Origin: Isurus oxyrinchus
Lineage: Eukaryota
Reading direction: 5' to 3'
NCBI GenBank assembly: GCA_026770705.1
Contig: JANJGN010000546.1
Coordinates: 186,001-250,000 of the forward strand
DNA: 64,000 bases
Part shown: positions 62,354-64,000 of the stretch, piece by piece
Position numbering within the stretch: the stretch's first letter is position 1
Layout: the number at the start of each line of letters is the position of its first letter
Notes under the pieces: generated by a model
Databases searched by the model: none
What the model saw: the letters and a program-made list of their open reading frames with translations, nothing else
What the model was told of the DNA's origin: nothing
Position numbers and translations under genes: made by a program

Positions 62354-62719
62354 TTGGACTGTCACAAGAGTGGAAAGGTGACACTCCACGAGAGGTGACA
62401 GCGCAGGAAGATTCCTGTGTACAGATTCCATGTCATTACAGTTATCCATCGTGTCTGGAAAACCAACCACGAGTTGGAGTCTGGTTTAATAATGAGGAAC
62501 GGAGAACATTGTCTATAGCCTTTCACTCCAAGGATCACAGTCACGAGTTACCACAGTTCCACCATCGGACCCGGCTGTCTGGAGACCTGAAAGATGGCGA
62601 CTGTTCTCTGATTATGAACAACATCAGACGGGAAGATGCAGGACCTTATTTTTTCAGAATAGAATTTGACAATGCTCCGAGCTATAACTATTACCCTGTA
62701 ACCCAGCTTCACGTTTCTG
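62354..62719 (+). CDS. Gene 2 V-set exon 2 (Arg retained, YFFRIE)
   Basis: ccacag| and |gtaagt boundaries, open frame, extra Cys in YPSCLE. Confidence 0.92.
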
Positions 62720-63457
62720 GTAAGTGCTGTGTTATAATTACTCAACATTTCACATTCAACACTCAATGGGAAATAACACAAACTATGACGTTTACATATT
62801 AACACAAAACACAGCTTATTATAACACACTGTCTGATTCTCGATATCCTGGTGATAGCTTCCAGTTCAGTCCTAAAGCAACCTCTAATACTCACTTTAAT
62901 ATCAATGATTAAATATATTGACTGTGTCCATCAATGTTATCAGGTTATCCACTCCCATCGATCTCTCTAATCCTAATCTCTAATGTCTCGAAGCCTGACA
63001 TATCGACAGAAGAAAGATTCACATTTCTATAGCACCTTTCACCACCTCAGAACGTACCAAATCACTTCACAGCCAATGAGCTGATTCCTGAATTGTAGTT
63101 ACTGTTGTAAAGTGAGAAACACAGCAGCCAATTTGCGCAGAGCAAGCTCCCACAAATTGCAAAGTAATAAATGGCCCAGATCGCTGAGTGAATGATGGGG
63201 TAGTGCACTCCAAACTCTGGTCTGCTCCTCCACCCTCACCCACTATTATCAGTTCAAGTGTCTCGGAGTGAACGTGTGTTAAGCTGAGAGACAGAAACAC
63301 CAAAGTGTCAAAGCAGGAAATGCTCTCCTGATCATTGTAACCTCTCAGTTCTGATATCATCCTTGTAAAAGTGCTTTCTCTTGTGGGACTGTGGTTTCTA
63401 TTTGAACTGATGCTTCACGTTATATTTCTCTAAAAGGATCCATTCTCTGTCTGTTAG

Positions 63458-63754
63458 ATTTCACAGATAAACCCATGATATTCCCTGCTGAAATTATTGC
63501 AGGAAAGCGTGTGGATGTAAGCTGCACCTTCAACACAACGTGCAATGGAACAGCAGCACCTGTCTTAACCTGGGACACTCCCACTGACGTACCTGGATCA
63601 GTCTCAAACACTGTAACTCAGCATGGTGTCACTCTGACCTATACTTCTGTTCTGACCCTGATCCCATCACTCAAACACCACGGACACACTCTCAGCTGCA
63701 GAGTGAGATATCCATCTGTTTCATCGGAGCGGACCCTCGTACTAACTGTGCAAG
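63458..63754 (+). CDS. Gene 2 C2-set Ig exon; the gene continues beyond the window
   Basis: 297 nt with 3 aa differences from the gene 1 C2 exon. Donor G|GTAAGA. Confidence 0.92.
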
Positions 63755-64000
63755 GTAAGAACGGACACCCTTCCATCTACATTAGCTAGAAAGCTCTACA
63801 TAGTACACTGCAAGATCCCACAACTGCATTGTGTTTAGCAACAAATCAATAGTCTTTAACTGATACAAATTCGCCTCTGACACTGCAGCAGTCCCTAAAT
63901 ACTGAATCTCCAACACTGCTGCACTCCCTCAGTTCTGAACCTTCGATAGTGCAGCACTCCCTCAGTACTGACTCTTCAACAGTGCAGTGCTCCCTCAGTA

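Larger units (their letters stand above)
51605..63900 (+). repeat. Segmental duplicate of about 5160-15860 (gene 2 versus gene 1)
   Basis: Collinear exons and shared intronic Gypsy, LTR, L2, CR1 and SINE relics at high identity, with several indels. Confidence 0.95.

Overview
Vertebrate genomic DNA, most likely from a cartilaginous fish (inferred from the SINE/CR1/Penelope repeat content). It holds part of a tandem cluster of Siglec-family (CD33/MAG-like) Ig-lectin receptor genes on the + strand. Gene 1 (about 5.2-21.2 kb) can be spliced by hand into an intact 502-aa ORF: leader, V-set 1, V-set 2, one C2-set, TM, and a tail with ITIM (LLYANI) and ITSM (TEYAQI). Gene 2 (51.6 kb to beyond the window end) is a recent segmental duplicate with leader, V1, V2 and C2. 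In both genes the distal V1 domain lacks the essential sialic-acid-binding Arg and is rapidly diverging. The proximal V2 keeps the Arg and carries an extra BC-loop Cys that could pair with V1. Between the two genes lie orphan parts with intact splice sites: extra promoter/leader cassettes, a different leader exon, a second TM exon and two YxN-bearing cytoplasmic exons. These sit among large SINE/LINE-derived minisatellite arrays and degenerate CR1/L2, Gypsy, LTR and Penelope fragments. The long ORFs in the supplied track come from minisatellites or N-masked sequence and are not genes. All exon models were read manually from the sequence; no expression data or database searches were available.
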